Source: Octopus sinensis
Taxonomy: Eukaryota
Reading direction: 5' to 3'
Assembly (NCBI RefSeq): GCF_006345805.1
Contig: NC_043001.1
Coordinates: 111,104,001-111,168,000 of the forward strand
DNA length: 64,000 bases
The notes below the pieces were generated by a model, which ran no database searches, was not told the origin of the DNA, and worked only from the letters and a program-made list of their open reading frames with translations. Both the position numbers and the translations under genes were made by a program. Shown here in pieces: positions 24,539-38,486 of this stretch. Each line of letters starts with the position of its first letter. The stretch's first letter is position 1.

Positions 24539-25335
24539 CTTGTGGCCTGATCAATAAGTATCCTGACTATTTCAATAGGAGCGATGCGAAAGCACGTAGT
24601 GTAAAGCCGCTTGGTGCAAATTGGCCATGTACTCCGTTCTGCATACGCATTAAGTTTTAACTTCCATTTTTTACAGTAGTGCATGCGCATAAATTTTTAA
24701 CTTCCGTTATTTACAGCAGTTTTCAAACGAACATATGAAACGTGTGATCGTCGCCTTGAGCACGACAGAGAAATTTGAGCAGAGAATCTGCATCAAATCT
24801 TGCCAATGGTGATACTTCTTGAGGGGCCTATGCAGGGTTTTCAAAAAACTTTTTAGCGTTCTGGACACAATCAAGGATATCTGGTGCAGCTGGAATACGA
24901 GAGCCTTTTTCAGTGATAACGGACTGCACCGTAAGTAATCTGCACATCCCTTGATAAATTAACGACATGAGCGATGTTTTTTTTTCCGTTGTGCTGATAG
25001 CGGGTCTCCCAGAAAGGTGATCAATATCGAAATGATTTCGGCCATCTTGGAAACGGCTGTAACATTCGTACACTTGTGTGCAACTCATACACTCCTTTCC
25101 GTACACTTTCTGCACCTTTGCGTAGGCCTCTGGGCTTGTGTCGCTATGGTAACCTTGTCTTTCATGGTCAATGAGACGATGAAACGCTACACACCTTACT
25201 TCCAAGCAGAAGTGCGCTACAATGTTGAAACGTAGAATAAATGCACAGCCGAATTTAAAGTTCAAACTTTTTGCCAAGCGGCTTTACCTACGTTACTATG
25301 GTGACAGTCCGGATACTTATTGGTCATACCTAATA
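24539..25335. mobile_element. Mariner derivative with TIRs, built from two inward-facing transposase 5' fragments
   Basis: TIRs ..TGATCAATAAGTATCCTGACT and AGTCCGGATACTTATTGGTCA.., flanked by TA. The plus strand gives EKFEQRICIKSCQ..GDTS*GAYA; the minus strand gives SDTSPEAYAKVQKVYGKECMSCTQVYECYSRFQDGR...SGRP. Confidence 0.85.
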
Positions 25336-25337
25336 TA

Positions 25338-25804
25338 TCTCTTTACTCTTTTACTTGTTTCAGTCACTTGACTGCGGCCATGCTGGAGCACCACCTTTAG
25401 TCGACCCCAGGACCTATTCTTTGGAAGGCTAGTACTTGTGCTATCGGTCTCTTTTGACGAACCACTAAGTTACGGGGACGTAAACATGCCACCATCGGTT
25501 GTCAAGAGATGTTTGGGGACAAAGAGACAAACATATACACACACATATACATACATACATACATACACATATCTCTCCCTCTCTCTCTCTCTATATATAT
25601 ATATATGCATATATAAATGCATATATATATATATGCATATATACGACGGGCTTCTTTCAGTTTCTGTCTACCAAATCCTCTCACAAGGCTTTGGTCGGCC
25701 CGAGATTATAGTAGAAGACACTTGCCCAAGGTGTCACGCAGTGGGAATGAACCCGGAACCATGTAGTTGGTAAACATGCTACTTACCACACAGCCACTCC
25801 TGTG

Positions 25805-25807
<3 letters not shown>
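25338..25807 (-). mobile_element. SINE A, full length with internal microsatellite
   Basis: Head, internal (CA)/(CT)/(TA) tract at ~25535-25645, tail (TTTTACTC-type); abuts the mariner TIR. Confidence 0.92.
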
Positions 25808-26168
<361 letters not shown>

Positions 26169-26789
26169 AGGATACGATTTAATTTGATCCGGCAGACATT
26201 TGGAACGGTTGAATAGACGTTTTCTTGCCGGCGGGAATTTTTGACATCTGGCATAGCTGCAATTTAAGTTGTCTCTGAACAACACACAAATTTTCCAACA
26301 CATATATTAATCATCTTTGAATATTCATTGTCAGATTTGTTTTAATGCTATGTTTCAAGAAAGTTAATATTTATAGCTTTCCATAAATATTCAAATATAA
26401 CAGGATATAGATTAATCTCAGATACAACTAAGGCTGCCCTGTCTTCAGGGTTGGAATTTGCTATATCGCAGTCGATTTTACAACCTTCAGTTCTGAATAT
26501 TAAACTAATGTATTGCGTCATTATTGTTGATTTCCTTCTTGTTAGACACTGTAAATAGACATTGCGTTTATCATATTTGATATTTAGGCAATAATACTTT
26601 ATTTTATTTGAAATATTTCATTCTGGAATGTATAATGTCTCATTTATGATTTTGATTTCATTTGATTAGCAAACATACTGCTGTTTAGCTTTACGTAATC
26701 AACTATTGTAACGGTAATACTGCATAAATATTGTATCAAATATCTAAATAAAACATAATATTTTGTAGTGTTTTCATTAAATGCGAACA

Positions 26790-26970
26790 GAAGGCCGCGA
26801 GCCGGATAAAAATACTAAGCAGTGATTTCGTCCGGCTCGTTAGGATCCGATTTCAGATTCCACCGTAGTCGACATCGTCTTTCATCTCTTCGAATTCGAT
26901 AAAATATGTACTAGCGAAATATATGGGGTGATGTAATCGACTAGCATCTTACCCCAAATTTCAGGCCTCG
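26790..26970 (+). mobile_element. Old, diverged CORE-type SINE
   Basis: GTCGACATCGTCTTTCATCTCTTCGAATTCGATAAAATATGTACTAG resembles the SINE B core. Confidence 0.6.
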
Positions 26971-27607
26971 AAATTTACACAGTTTGAGAACACCTACAGA
27001 ATAGCAGTTTTGATATTTACTCTCTGTCAAGGACAATGAATACTGTTGATATGGGAATAATAATTTATTGCTTTGTAATGATTGCAAAAACAAAAAAAGG
27101 AAAATATATCACTAAAAAACTAGTTGCGTAATAATAATTTACAGCTTTGCAAAAAATAGAAAAAAGTCACTAAATAAAGAGTAGTTTACCAGAATATTAC
27201 GATTCATGATACAGAGAGAACACTATACTTTAATCAACACTACGGAATATTAATTGTTGCGCACAAACAGATGCCTTTTTTCTATTCCAGTGAGTTCACC
27301 AACAGAATTCACAAGTGTACAGATACCAGAATGACGGAATACATATGTGACTCCCTGGTCTACGGGGAAGGGAACGTGATTTCACTGCAATTAGACTCGT
27401 AGATTCCTTTGATCACGAGACATGTTGCTTAAACATACACACAACCCAAAATAACTATAGATTGAACGCCATGTTTGCTTGTTATTTGAGTGGGAAATTT
27501 TATATTAGGAGGAATTGATACGGGATCACACAATATCCGTCGATTGGTTGGGTAACTAACTGTAGAAACATGGGACTACTTTTATCGGAATTAATCTTCA
27601 GAACCCA

Positions 27608-28013
27608 CTCTTACTCTTTTTCTCTTTTACTTGTTTCGGTCATTTGAGTTCTGCCATGCTGGAGCACCGCCTTTAGTCGAGCAAATTGACCCCAGGACTT
27701 ATTCGTTGTAAGCCTAGTACTTATTCTATCGGTCTCTTTTGCCGAACCACGGGGACGTAAACACACCAGCAGCGGTTTTCAAGCGATTTTGGGGGGACAA
27801 ACACACACACACACACACACACATATATGTATATATATATACATATATATGAAGTGCTTCTTTCAATTTGCGTTTACCAAATCCACTCACAAGGCTTTGA
27901 TCGGTCCGAGGCTATAGTAGAAGACACTTACCCAAGGCGCCACGCAGTGGGAATGAACTCGGAACCATATGGTTGGTAAGCAAGCTACTTACCACGCAGC
28001 CACTCCTACGCCT
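27608..28013 (-). mobile_element. SINE A, full length
   Basis: Colinear with the other SINE A copies; short internal (CA)/(TA) tract. Confidence 0.92.
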
Positions 28014-28289
28014 ATTTAAAAAAATATTGCTTTATATTTATGATTCACTTCTTTAAAAAGGTTTCTCAATGTCAACTTCCAGTATTGATGTAAAAACGGC
28101 GAAGTCTCTCAGTCACTATTTTAATGTTCGCTATTTGTAAACAACTACGACAAATTTGTGAAAGAAATATTTACTGAGTTCACAAATTTAAATATTCGGT
28201 ACACGATACTTTTCAACGTCCTTTTATTTATACGACTTTTTCGTCCCATGTTTATCGCATTCATTGTTTGCAATGTTCTCTCCCTCACT

Positions 28290-28644
28290 CTCACTCTCTC
28301 TATCTCTCTCTATCTCTCTGTCACACACACACACACACAAGCACACTCCCGGTTTCATTTCGTTCTGAACTCGCACACTTCGTTAATTTCTGTAAATACA
28401 TTTTATTCATTTTCTTTTTGCACGCCGTGTTCAGCTCTATGTATTTGCAGACAGTCACACGCGAACACGTGTGTGTTTTTGTATATAAGCGTGTATACAT
28501 TTATGTATGTGTATATCTGTTTGTGTGTGTCTGTGTGAGAGTGAAAGGGTGTGTTGTAATGTATATATGCATAAATACATATGCATACATACCTTTTCTA
28601 TGTATGTGTGCGCGCGCGTGTATGTGTGAGAGAGTGATATCTAA

Positions 28645-28683
<39 letters not shown>

Positions 28684-28870
28684 GCTCTTTCTCTCTTACA
28701 CACACACGCACACATACATACATACAAGAAAGATGTATGTCTATTCATTTATGTATATATGTATACACGACAACGCACCCCTTCACTCTCTCTCTCTCTC
28801 TCTCACACACACACATGCACACGCCCATTTCATCTGATGTTTGATACTGTATGTATATGTATCCGTGTGT
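28290..28870. repeat. Compound (CT)n/(CA)n/(TG)n low-complexity tract
   Basis: Direct reading. Confidence 0.85.
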
Positions 28871-28874
28871 GCAT

Positions 28875-30174
28875 GCATGACTGAGTGTGTCGTTCCACAA
28901 TCGCCAGAACAAAGCAGAGGAATTTTCTTTCTTCATGCTTCTGATGGTACAGGTAAATCATTTGTAACCTTGCTTCTCTCCATAATAAGGTTACAAGAAA
29001 GAATTGCAGTTGCTGTAACATTGTCTGGCTGTGCTTCCACCGTTCTTCTAGGAGGACGAACAGCTCTTTCTACTTTTAAATTACTACTAAGCGTGGTCAC
29101 AAATCAGTGTTCAATTTCTAACATAAGCGAAGATTCAGGTTTACCAGAGGTCTTGTGCCAATGTCACGTTATCATTTGGGATGAATGCACCATGTCACAT
29201 ATAGGTGCAATGGAAGCTCTTGATATGATCTTACAGGACGTCAGAGGCAGGAGACTTCACACAGACATTACCAGTCGTTCCGATACGAACAAGATCTGAT
29301 GAAATACAAAGCATGTATTAAGTCGTCACGCGTATGGAATAAAGTACTGAAATTCTCTTGCAATACTAATGTGCGAGATTTATTACATGGAGACCAATGA
29401 GCAAAACGGTTTTCAACCTGGGCCCTCCACTTAAGAAATTGGAAAGTACCATTTGATGGGAATTGTGATATCAGTTTTGCTCATATTGTTATCAAGGTGA
29501 ATTCCCAGATGAATTGAAGAACGGTAATTCCAGCCTTCAGTAATAATTATTATTCACATAAATGGTTGTGTGAAAGGGCAATTCTTGCTCCAAAAAATGA
29601 GACAGTAGCAAGGATTAACCATGAATTAATGAATAAGATTCCAGCTATCATTAAGAAGTACAAATCAGTTGATTGTCCTGGATGGAAATCAAGCTGTCCA
29701 TTGCATAAAAGAATTCCTTAATTCTCTTGAGCCACCTGGAAACCTCCTCATAAACTGTCTCTAAAGGTAGGAGTCCTAGTAGTGCTTCTAAGAAATTTAG
29801 ATACCCCTAAATTATGCAATGAGACAAGGTTGACTGTGAAGACATTACCACCTAATGTGACAGAAGCTACCATCATAAATGGATGATGCACCTCTAAGGA
29901 AGAGGTTTTCATTCCAAGAATTCCAGTCAAACCAACAGGTATGTAATTTGAGTTTAAATGAACACAATTCCCAGTGCAAATTTGCTTTGCAATGTCTATT
30001 AATAAAACTCAAGTTCAGTCTTTGAAATCTGCTGGCTTACACTTAATTGAGCCTTGCTTTTCTCATGGTCAACTTTATATTGGGTACTCTAGGGTAAGTA
30101 GTGTGCAAGACTTATTTGTCTCTGCTCCAAACCAGGAAACAAAGAATCATGTTTACCCAGAAGCTCTTTCGTAA
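28875..30174 (+). pseudogene. Helitron RepHel C-terminal PIF1-type helicase remnant (frameshifts, stops)
   Basis: IFFLHASDGTGKSF (Walker A-like), IIWDECTM (Walker B), GDFTQTLPVV, RAILAPKN, LLRNLDTPKLCNETRL, FAMSINKTQVQSL, FSHGQLYIGYSRV, KNHVYPEAL. Confidence 0.93.
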
Positions 30175-30231
30175 TTTCCTTCAACATATGTGGTAGGATT
30201 TATCTCCTTTCATAAAAGTGGTAAATTTTAT

Positions 30232-30252
30232 TTCTTCTTCTTCTTCTTCTTC

Positions 30253-30290
<38 letters not shown>

Positions 30291-30815
30291 GAGAGAGCAG
30301 TGCATGCCATCAAAATGACACTGGGGTAAAATATATGAAGCCCAGTATACACATCATGACTGCCCGTCTGATAAGGGTAAACTAGGCACATGCATCACAA
30401 CCACGTGTGTGCAACATGGTGATCTCATATCAAGATAAACAGCAGGAAGGGCCCAGTTAGAATTTTCTTCTGGTCGAGTAGCCCATCCCAATCAAAAGGT
30501 CCCTGAATAAGGGTCGTTTAAGGATTTTGAACGAACCACGTATGTTTCCAGAGGTGAATTATACAAACTCCAAATAATCCCTCTCACCACATGGTTGTGA
30601 AGCTACGCTACTATTTCTGTTCGTGATCAGAGATGCACATATTGTCAACCACTAAGGGATATGCTCAACTGGTTAAGGTCAAGCAACTGACAAGCAAATC
30701 TGTGGTATTGAGCAGAATATTTGCTGTAACCCATCATTTATACCAAGACAAAACAATGTACATGTTAACAATTTCAATCAGTTAAGATCACAACCCACGA
30801 GAGCCACTGCCTGGT
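30232..30815 (-). mobile_element. Unclassified retroposon-like repeat with (AAT)n(AAG)n tail
   Basis: Simple-repeat tail at 30232-30290. Segment 30620-30735 recurs inverted at 56028-56155. Confidence 0.55.
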
Positions 30816-30973
30816 ACTGCATCAGTATTGTTATTATTATTTGCTTTGAATTCAGAATTGATTTCCCAATTAAAGAATAAATTGTATCCCAATTGAAGAA
30901 TAATTTGAATCTAGAATAAATTTCTATACAACATATTTTGCTTTTTCTTCCGTGCAACACCGGGCGCCTCTGT

Positions 30974-32157
30974 TCTCTGTTTGTTTATAAATAAACTGAG
31001 AATGTGTGTGTCTGTCTGTCTGTGTGTTTCCCTAAAACTTGAGAACTACACAACCAATTTCATTCTAAGTTTACACATGCCTTACTTAGGGTCCGGGGAG
31101 TGTCATCGGCAAAACAAATTTTGAACTTTTTGCCTAGGGCGAGCCCACAGCAATATCATATCTTTTCCACTACGATTCCCTAAAACCTGAGAATTACACA
31201 ACGAATTCCATTCAAAAAATTTTACACATGCCTTACTTAGGGCCCATGTAGTTTCATGGGCCAAAAAATTGTTCAACATCTTACCTAGAGCGAGCCCATG
31301 GCAATATCATATCTTGTCCACTATTTCAGTATTACCTGTTAAAAGTGAAACAAAAACGTTTCTCTATTTTATGTCAGATACTTTCACTTTAACAATAAAA
31401 ATAATAATAACAATTGAATTATATGTAGTAATTAATACTTAAAATCAAACTAAAGTAACATGACAATAGTAAAAATAGCAATTGGTATAAAATTGCATCA
31501 ATGATTTGAACTTGAATAAGTGGTTTCACATGAATGGGAATAAATTTAAAATAAAATTAGCTTGAAGAAATGGAATAGTTCAGATGGATAATAAAAAATT
31601 AAATTAAAGAAAAGACTATTGTCTATAAAGTATACAATGTAGAGAAAAAAGAAGATTTGTACACATGGAGGAAACCACCTTCAAAAAGTGTCTTGGTGCG
31701 ACTATGAAAGGTATCTAATCAGAGGCGGTAAATTCGCCAAAATAGAAGCAAGGTTCGAGTCAACGGAGCGTGCAAGGGAGTACTCGACTCGAACTTGCAA
31801 AGTGGAAATATTTTATTTTTACCTTTATATCTGGGACGTAGGACGTCCTGGAAAAAAAAATTTAAATCCCCCCACCCCCCACCCCGGAAGAAGAGGTAGG
31901 CTGGATTGTAGCCACACTTCTATACAAGAGGGAGGACAAGATATAATTGATCGAAATTACAAGAGACGGGCTAAGAATTCCAGTCTGTTATATATTTTGA
32001 GTAGTGTTATCACTAGCGATATCAAGATATAACTTTGTATGTTGTAGTTTATGTGTAGATGTATATATATAGATGTACATGTAATATGTACACATATATA
32101 TACATATATATACATGCACTAGCACTATGACCCGGCAACGACGGGTCTTTAATGCTA

Positions 32158-32158
<1 letters not shown>
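30974..32158 (+). mobile_element. Non-autonomous Helitron
   Basis: 3' hairpin GACCCG-gcaacga-CGGGTC (32129-32147) followed by CTAG|T (32155-58). The 5' TC...TATAAATAAACTGAGAATGTGTGTGTCTGTCTG resembles the 5' end of the 38-kb Helitron; 5' boundary approximate. Confidence 0.8.
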
Positions 32159-32192
<34 letters not shown>

Positions 32193-33774
32193 ACGGATTT
32201 CTTTACGTTACCGTGTCACCTGTTTTATTCTAATGTCATGTCTCCTGTTTTAATTTAATGTCATCTGTTATATCAGTGTTCTTCAAGTCATTCAGAGGTC
32301 GTCAATTCAGCCGCTCTCTATATACATAGAACATTGGAAAAGCAGTTCATTTATGAACAGACTCAATTTTCTGCAAGATTCTACTATGAATAAACAATGG
32401 TACTTTAAGTTTCCTATAGAAGATATTGTTCCTATCTTTCTTTACGCGTTAATGGTTACAAATGTTTACAAAACTGTCTTTGAATTTGCTATCAATGTGA
32501 AAGATGCAAGTTGATTTATATGAGGTTTGTTTCATTCAGAGAAATCCCCCACCATTGAATTTAATAGATGAACAAATGAATATATCAATTACTTATTGTG
32601 TGTTATTTTGTAATTTACTTGTTACAATAGCTTTTCTAACTACAGATAAATAGAGCCATTTATATAAATTCCACCAACTACCCGTCAAAAAATAACCAGC
32701 GTTAAAATTGATTGTTCTCTTATAGAATGTTTTTGGTTTAATACAATAGGAAATTACTTTATTGCAATATTTGCTAATTATGTACGCAATAAAATCATAA
32801 AATTAGCCGGACATGAGTTCAGTTTTTTTTTTATAGCCAGACAGCATCATATACATATATGTATGTGTGAGTATGAATGTTTACATATATCTGTATGTAT
32901 GTGTATTTAGGTTTATATATATGCATTTTTGATACATGTATGTGTTTATATATTATTTCTCTATCTGTATGTGTGTGTTTGTGTTTATGTGTGACAGCCT
33001 AGAGGTAATTTAAGTTACTAAAATATATCAAATGGCATCTTTTATATCGATAGAAAATTCAAGAACAATGTGTCAGCATTGAAGCGTAAAGATAGATAGA
33101 AACAATAACTTTTTTTGCAATAATTAATATTGTATGGTGCAATTTTGGCTTAAATTGGCAATTAACACAATCGCCTCGTAAGTAAATTGCGTGCACATTT
33201 TTTTTTTTTGTACTACAGTTTACTGCTTCGGTACTTGATGATGTGAATCGGAAAATAAGACAAACATACCGTCAGTAGCAGGATGAAACAGTCGTGTCCA
33301 TATATTAATTTACAGAGGAAATAGAATTTGTTTACGTTTGTAACGATACCAGACTACATATACAGTGTCATTGAGATGTAGTATGTTACGTATCGCCACA
33401 CAACTCAGCTTTCAGACGCACCGTGCCTCCACAATTTATATTCTCAGCAATTGTCTGTAATTCCTCTAATCCACACATTCCATCATATGTCAGCGCGTAT
33501 GATCTTTTCCATGTGCTTCCACTGTATTATTTTCTCACTTTTTATAAACACATCTCCCGCTTATATTCGCATAATCAAGAAGGTCCTTCATATTTTAACT
33601 ACTTTTTATTTCTCACTTCTCGATCCTCCTTCAGTCTGAATACATATACATTGCGTTCTTTATTTCTCACAATGTTAATCTTCTTGCTTTCTAGAAACTT
33701 GGTTGATTACTGCACACTCTTCAGATATTGCATTTCAATCCTTCTCGAATTTTCTCTTTTTACCCACGAGTTTT

Positions 33775-34082
33775 TGTTTAGTTTGTACCTTCTCGAGCCA
33801 TGCCTGGCTCATAAGCGCCGGTTTCCCGGTTTTCTTGACGTATAGGTTCCCCACCTGGATGGGACGCCGGTCTGTCGCAAGTAAGCTGCAAGATGCAAGA
33901 GGAAAGAGAGAGAGAAATCTGTGGCGAAAGAGTCAGGAGGAGTTCGCCATTACCTTCTGCCGGAGCCGCGTGGTGCTTAGGTGTTTCGCTCATAAACACA
34001 CACATCGCCCGGTCAGAGATTCGAACCCACGATCCCTCTACCGCGAGTCCGCTGCTCAAACCGCTAGGACATGTTCCCCCAC
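33775..34082 (-). mobile_element. SINE family C
   Basis: Colinear with 18546-18840. Confidence 0.9.
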
Positions 34083-34134
34083 TTGCACACGAGTAGTATT
34101 TATTTTTCATTGCGATGGTTCTTGAATAAGGGTT

Positions 34135-34151
34135 ATCATTATCATTATTGT

Positions 34152-34218
<67 letters not shown>

Positions 34219-34298
34219 ACTACTACTACTACTACTACTACTATTACTACTACTGTTGCTACTACTACTACTACTACTATTTCTACTACTACTACTAT
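34135..34298. repeat. Compound trinucleotide repeat (TAC)~14(TGC)8(TAC)n
   Basis: Direct reading. Confidence 0.95.
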
Positions 34299-36254
34299 TA
34301 TAAGTGTTTTGGTCCAAGATGCCTCAACACATAACTTATGTCCATGGTTATATGCTACCGACCCTGTCGCTACTAAAACTCTTTTACCACACCATGTCAC
34401 CAGGGTCATTATTTCGCCATCCTCTTCCCAAAACTACGTTCTGAATTCTCTATTATTTTTTTTTTTATTTCAGAGTGATTTTGTATGCAAACATACAGGT
34501 AAGATGATCTCATTTCTTATCCATTCTATTCACCCGTACATCTTACTTCCTTTCTTTTCCCCACTATCTCACTTTATATAAATACCCTTCTTTATTCTCC
34601 TCTTTCTCCCTCCCTTTCTCTCTCTCTCTCTCTCCTCTCCCCTCTCTCTGATACACCTAACTCAGAAGCCAACTTACTGTTCTGACCAAATACATAAATA
34701 TTGAAATATTTCCCGGTTCTTATTTTGGAATATTTTAACTGAGAAATGTCTTACGCAACGGATGCATTTGCGGTTAAATATTACGCAGGCATGAAACGTA
34801 CGTGGTAAATGACTTTAAAATATCATTATTTTGTTTGACGTCATTAGAATTTTATATATATGTGATTGCCAATATATACGTACATACATACACGTACACA
34901 TATAGGCAGACATACATACATACACACATACATGCAAGCATACTTATATAGTTTAGACTATACTTTAATCATTATCTTACTTTTCATTATCAATCAATGA
35001 AAATGGGGATGAAGATCTTTGGAGTGTAAAAAGAGAGACTATGTATTCGCCAGGCAGCCTGCTCTGAAATATAATTTCATCTACTAATGCAGTGATGTTA
35101 AACATTTGGGAAGCAATTATCAAACATTCACTGTTGCATTGTAGTTAGTACATCAAATGTGGCGTGTATAAGAGCATTTATGTATATAATTTACATAACA
35201 CAGTGACTGGTGTGTAAAGAAATCTTAATTCAATAATTCTTTGTGTGCGGCATAATACCAGAATCAACTGTAATTGACTAATGATTTGGAGAGGAGTTTT
35301 TATTGAGGCCGAAATATTTTATTTAGTGCTGAGTATGTTATTTTTCCACCAACATATTATCAATTATAGTGACATACAATCATTCATGAGTACATTTAGT
35401 CAGAAAGAAAACATCACAAAAAGAAATATGCACATAGATTCACACATTAGCACGCATGAGTATTAAAATAATGTATGTAGTAAATGAGATAAATGATTTG
35501 TGTTCATAATCACAGAAGAAATTTGATCAGTATAGTATGATGCCATATCCCGAAGGATGTAATAATTTCTGTCATTATTATATGTCTATATAGCTGAAAA
35601 TTTGTGCATATTGCAGAGAGTTGTGTATCTATAAATGTGTTTATCTCTATTGTTTGTGTTTGTGACGTAGACCGGCAGGAAACTCGTTTATATAAACGTG
35701 ATTAAATTGTAAAATTAGTTGTTGACTGTACAGCCTACGCTATGTCGACATTAAATCTGCAAACTTCCAGTAAATGATAATTTGAATATCAATATATCAG
35801 ACAATGTCGTGGTGATTTGTTTTACATTGTAGGCTATGGTTTAGCTATGATTTAACATAAACCACTGTGGGTTTGTAACACAGTAGAAAAAATAAAGACG
35901 GGTGACCCTCGTATTAACAGCCACCATAATATATGCACATCCTACTTAACAGATTGTATAAGATCCAATGTGAGAGTAGCTGTAAACAATTAATGACGTG
36001 TCATAGGCAAAGACTTAACTTTCAGATTATTGTTATCATCTATTTGCAAACCTTAGTCATATTTGGAGAGCACTGGTATATGAAACAATTAGTGTATAAT
36101 GCATCGCCCCACATTTTCTTATTTGCCTTCGCGGATATGCTGCTTACATGTTTCGCAGATTTCTAGATCCCTGATCTGGTATGAGACATAAATGTAATGA
36201 ACTGGGGGATGATACCTCAATCTACACTTTAAATACATAATATTGTATATCCCT

Positions 36255-36480
36255 AGGCGGCGAGTTGGCAGAATCGTTAGCACGCCGAGCGAAATGCTTA
36301 GCGGTATATCGCCTGACGTTACGTTCTAAGTTCAAATTCCGCCAACGTCGATTTTGCCTTTCATCCTTTCGGGGTTGTACCAGTTACGCACTGGGGTCGA
36401 GGTAATCGACTTAATCCGTTTGTCCGTCTTTGTTTGTCCTCTCTGTGTTTCGCCCCTTGTGGGTAGTAAAGAAATAAATA
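36255..36480 (+). mobile_element. SINE B monomer
   Basis: Head AGGCGGCGAGTTGGCAGAATCGTTAGC through tail GGGTAGTAAAGAAATA. Confidence 0.9.
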
Positions 36481-37169
36481 TTCCTGACATAATCAAAGTG
36501 GGTATTCACATATATCACAGGTTTATACGCAGTGCTAAAAATAAAATTTAAAAAAAGCTGAAAATACATTACATTCTAGAAGAAAGGAAAAACTACGCCC
36601 TCGAGCGCAGGTTTTCTTTATTTCTAGACACTTCGATGAGATTTAGTTGCTTCCTTAACTTGTGTCACCAAATTTAGGTTAATTGTGCACACACTGTTAT
36701 TTTCTGAATCTTCCAAGCATTAGTTTGATAAACCTAAGGGTGTCAGTGTCGGACACAATATGATGTTTCCATTCATTTTCCAACCACTCTCTCACGCAAT
36801 ATTCTGCTTAGAAAATACTGTTCCTTTATAAAGTTATATAATCAGGAAACACCAGGTTTCATATATGCTTCAAGATTAGAGAGCTAAACCAATAGTATCC
36901 AATTTCCTAAAAAAAACGCATTCATTTACTAAACAATATTGCTTGGTTACTTTTGTTTGGGCAATTGTACACTCACTTGAAATTACGACAAGGACATGTT
37001 AATATAACTTGTATCTACAGTACGGAAACTAATCAATGTAGAAGAGTAAACATACCTGAATTTTACCGCATATGGATATTATTTGGACAAACAGTAGCCG
37101 CAAGTGGATGCTGTTGAACATTAATACATATTTCAACACGGCTTTATTTCTGTCCGAAATATATATATC

Positions 37170-37803
37170 TATTTCTTTCTTGTCAGCAAGGGGCTAAACA
37201 TAGAGAGAACAAACAAAGACAGACAAAAGTATTAAGGCGATTATATCGACCCCAGTGCGTAACTAGTACTTTATTTATCGACCCCGAAAGGATGAAAGGC
37301 AGAGTTGACCTCGGCGGAATTTCAACTCAGAACATAACGGCAGACGAAATACCTATTTCTTTACTACCCACAAGGGGTTAAACACAGAGAGGACAAACAA
37401 GGACAGACAAACGGATTAAGTCGATTATACCGACCCCAGTGCGTAACTGGTACTTATTTAACCGACCTCGAAAGGATGAAAGGCAAAACCGAATTCGGTG
37501 GAACTTGAACTCAGAACGTAGCAACGGGCGAAATACTGCTATGCATTTCGCCCTGCGCGCTAACGTTTCTTATGTCTTTATTGCCCACAAGAAGCTAAAC
37601 ATAGAGGGGACAAACAAGGATACACAAACGGATTAAGTCGATTAGATCGACCCCAGTACATAACTGGTACTTAATTTATCGACCTCGAAAGGATGAAAGA
37701 TAGAGTCGACCTCGGCGGAATTTGAACTCAGAACGTAACGGCAGACGAAATACTGCTAAGCATTTCGCCCGCCATGCTAACGATTCTGCCAGCTCGTCGC
37801 CTT
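37170..37803 (-). mobile_element. SINE B cluster of three units (a dimer with junction 37352/37353 and a near-complete head, plus an abutting full monomer from 37571)
   Basis: Three colinear units read directly. Confidence 0.9.
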
Positions 37804-38486
37804 TCTCTCTGCAATATAATCTTTATTTAGTCGTCCTACTCATCACACGGAATTTTTAAAATATCCTGTTAACCAACTGCTTCAGCGTACATAATAATGA
37901 CAACACACATAGATCACACTGTTAATATAGGAAATTTCAACATGATTACAGTTATTCCGTAGCTGTCTGTCTGTTAGATTACTAACTGTTTAACTGTTTA
38001 TAGTATAATTAATGGATGATTCTCTTGTCCACATTTTGTTAGTAACGTGCTTCACTCGCTGCATACATGATAATTGGTTTTAGTTTTGCTGTCTATCTGA
38101 CGTTAAGAAATAGTATCGTAAATTGTAACTAGCATCGTCAGAGACTATGATATACTCAGAACATCGGCAACTTAGGAGTCATCAGACACATTGATGAACT
38201 CAGAATGTGAGCAACGGAGGAGACATATAACATATAGCTAGTGGACTGCATAGATAAAGTTTCTGATACAGTATATCTCCATCGAGTTGAGGACAATGCG
38301 GGATGTATATGAATTCGGTGTTCAATGGAATTTTGCATAATATCATGGTCTGAGAAGTATGGCGACACACGTCTCTCCGGTACTCTTTAGGTCAAATTTT
38401 TATGCTTGGACCGAGATTAACTCTTATTGACCAAACGTATGGGCGAAGTATCTGCAAGCTATGATCATCCCCAACTTTATTAAACA

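Noticed and set aside
29290-29310. CTGATGA...GAAA hammerhead-like string, and other isolated CTGANGA hits (11880, 12865, 15057, 38180, 42321)
   Set aside because: No stems II/III or cleavage triplet; the 29.3-kb hit lies within helicase coding sequence.
33778-34317. 179-aa poly-Ser ORF
   Set aside because: Composed of a triplet microsatellite plus SINE C.
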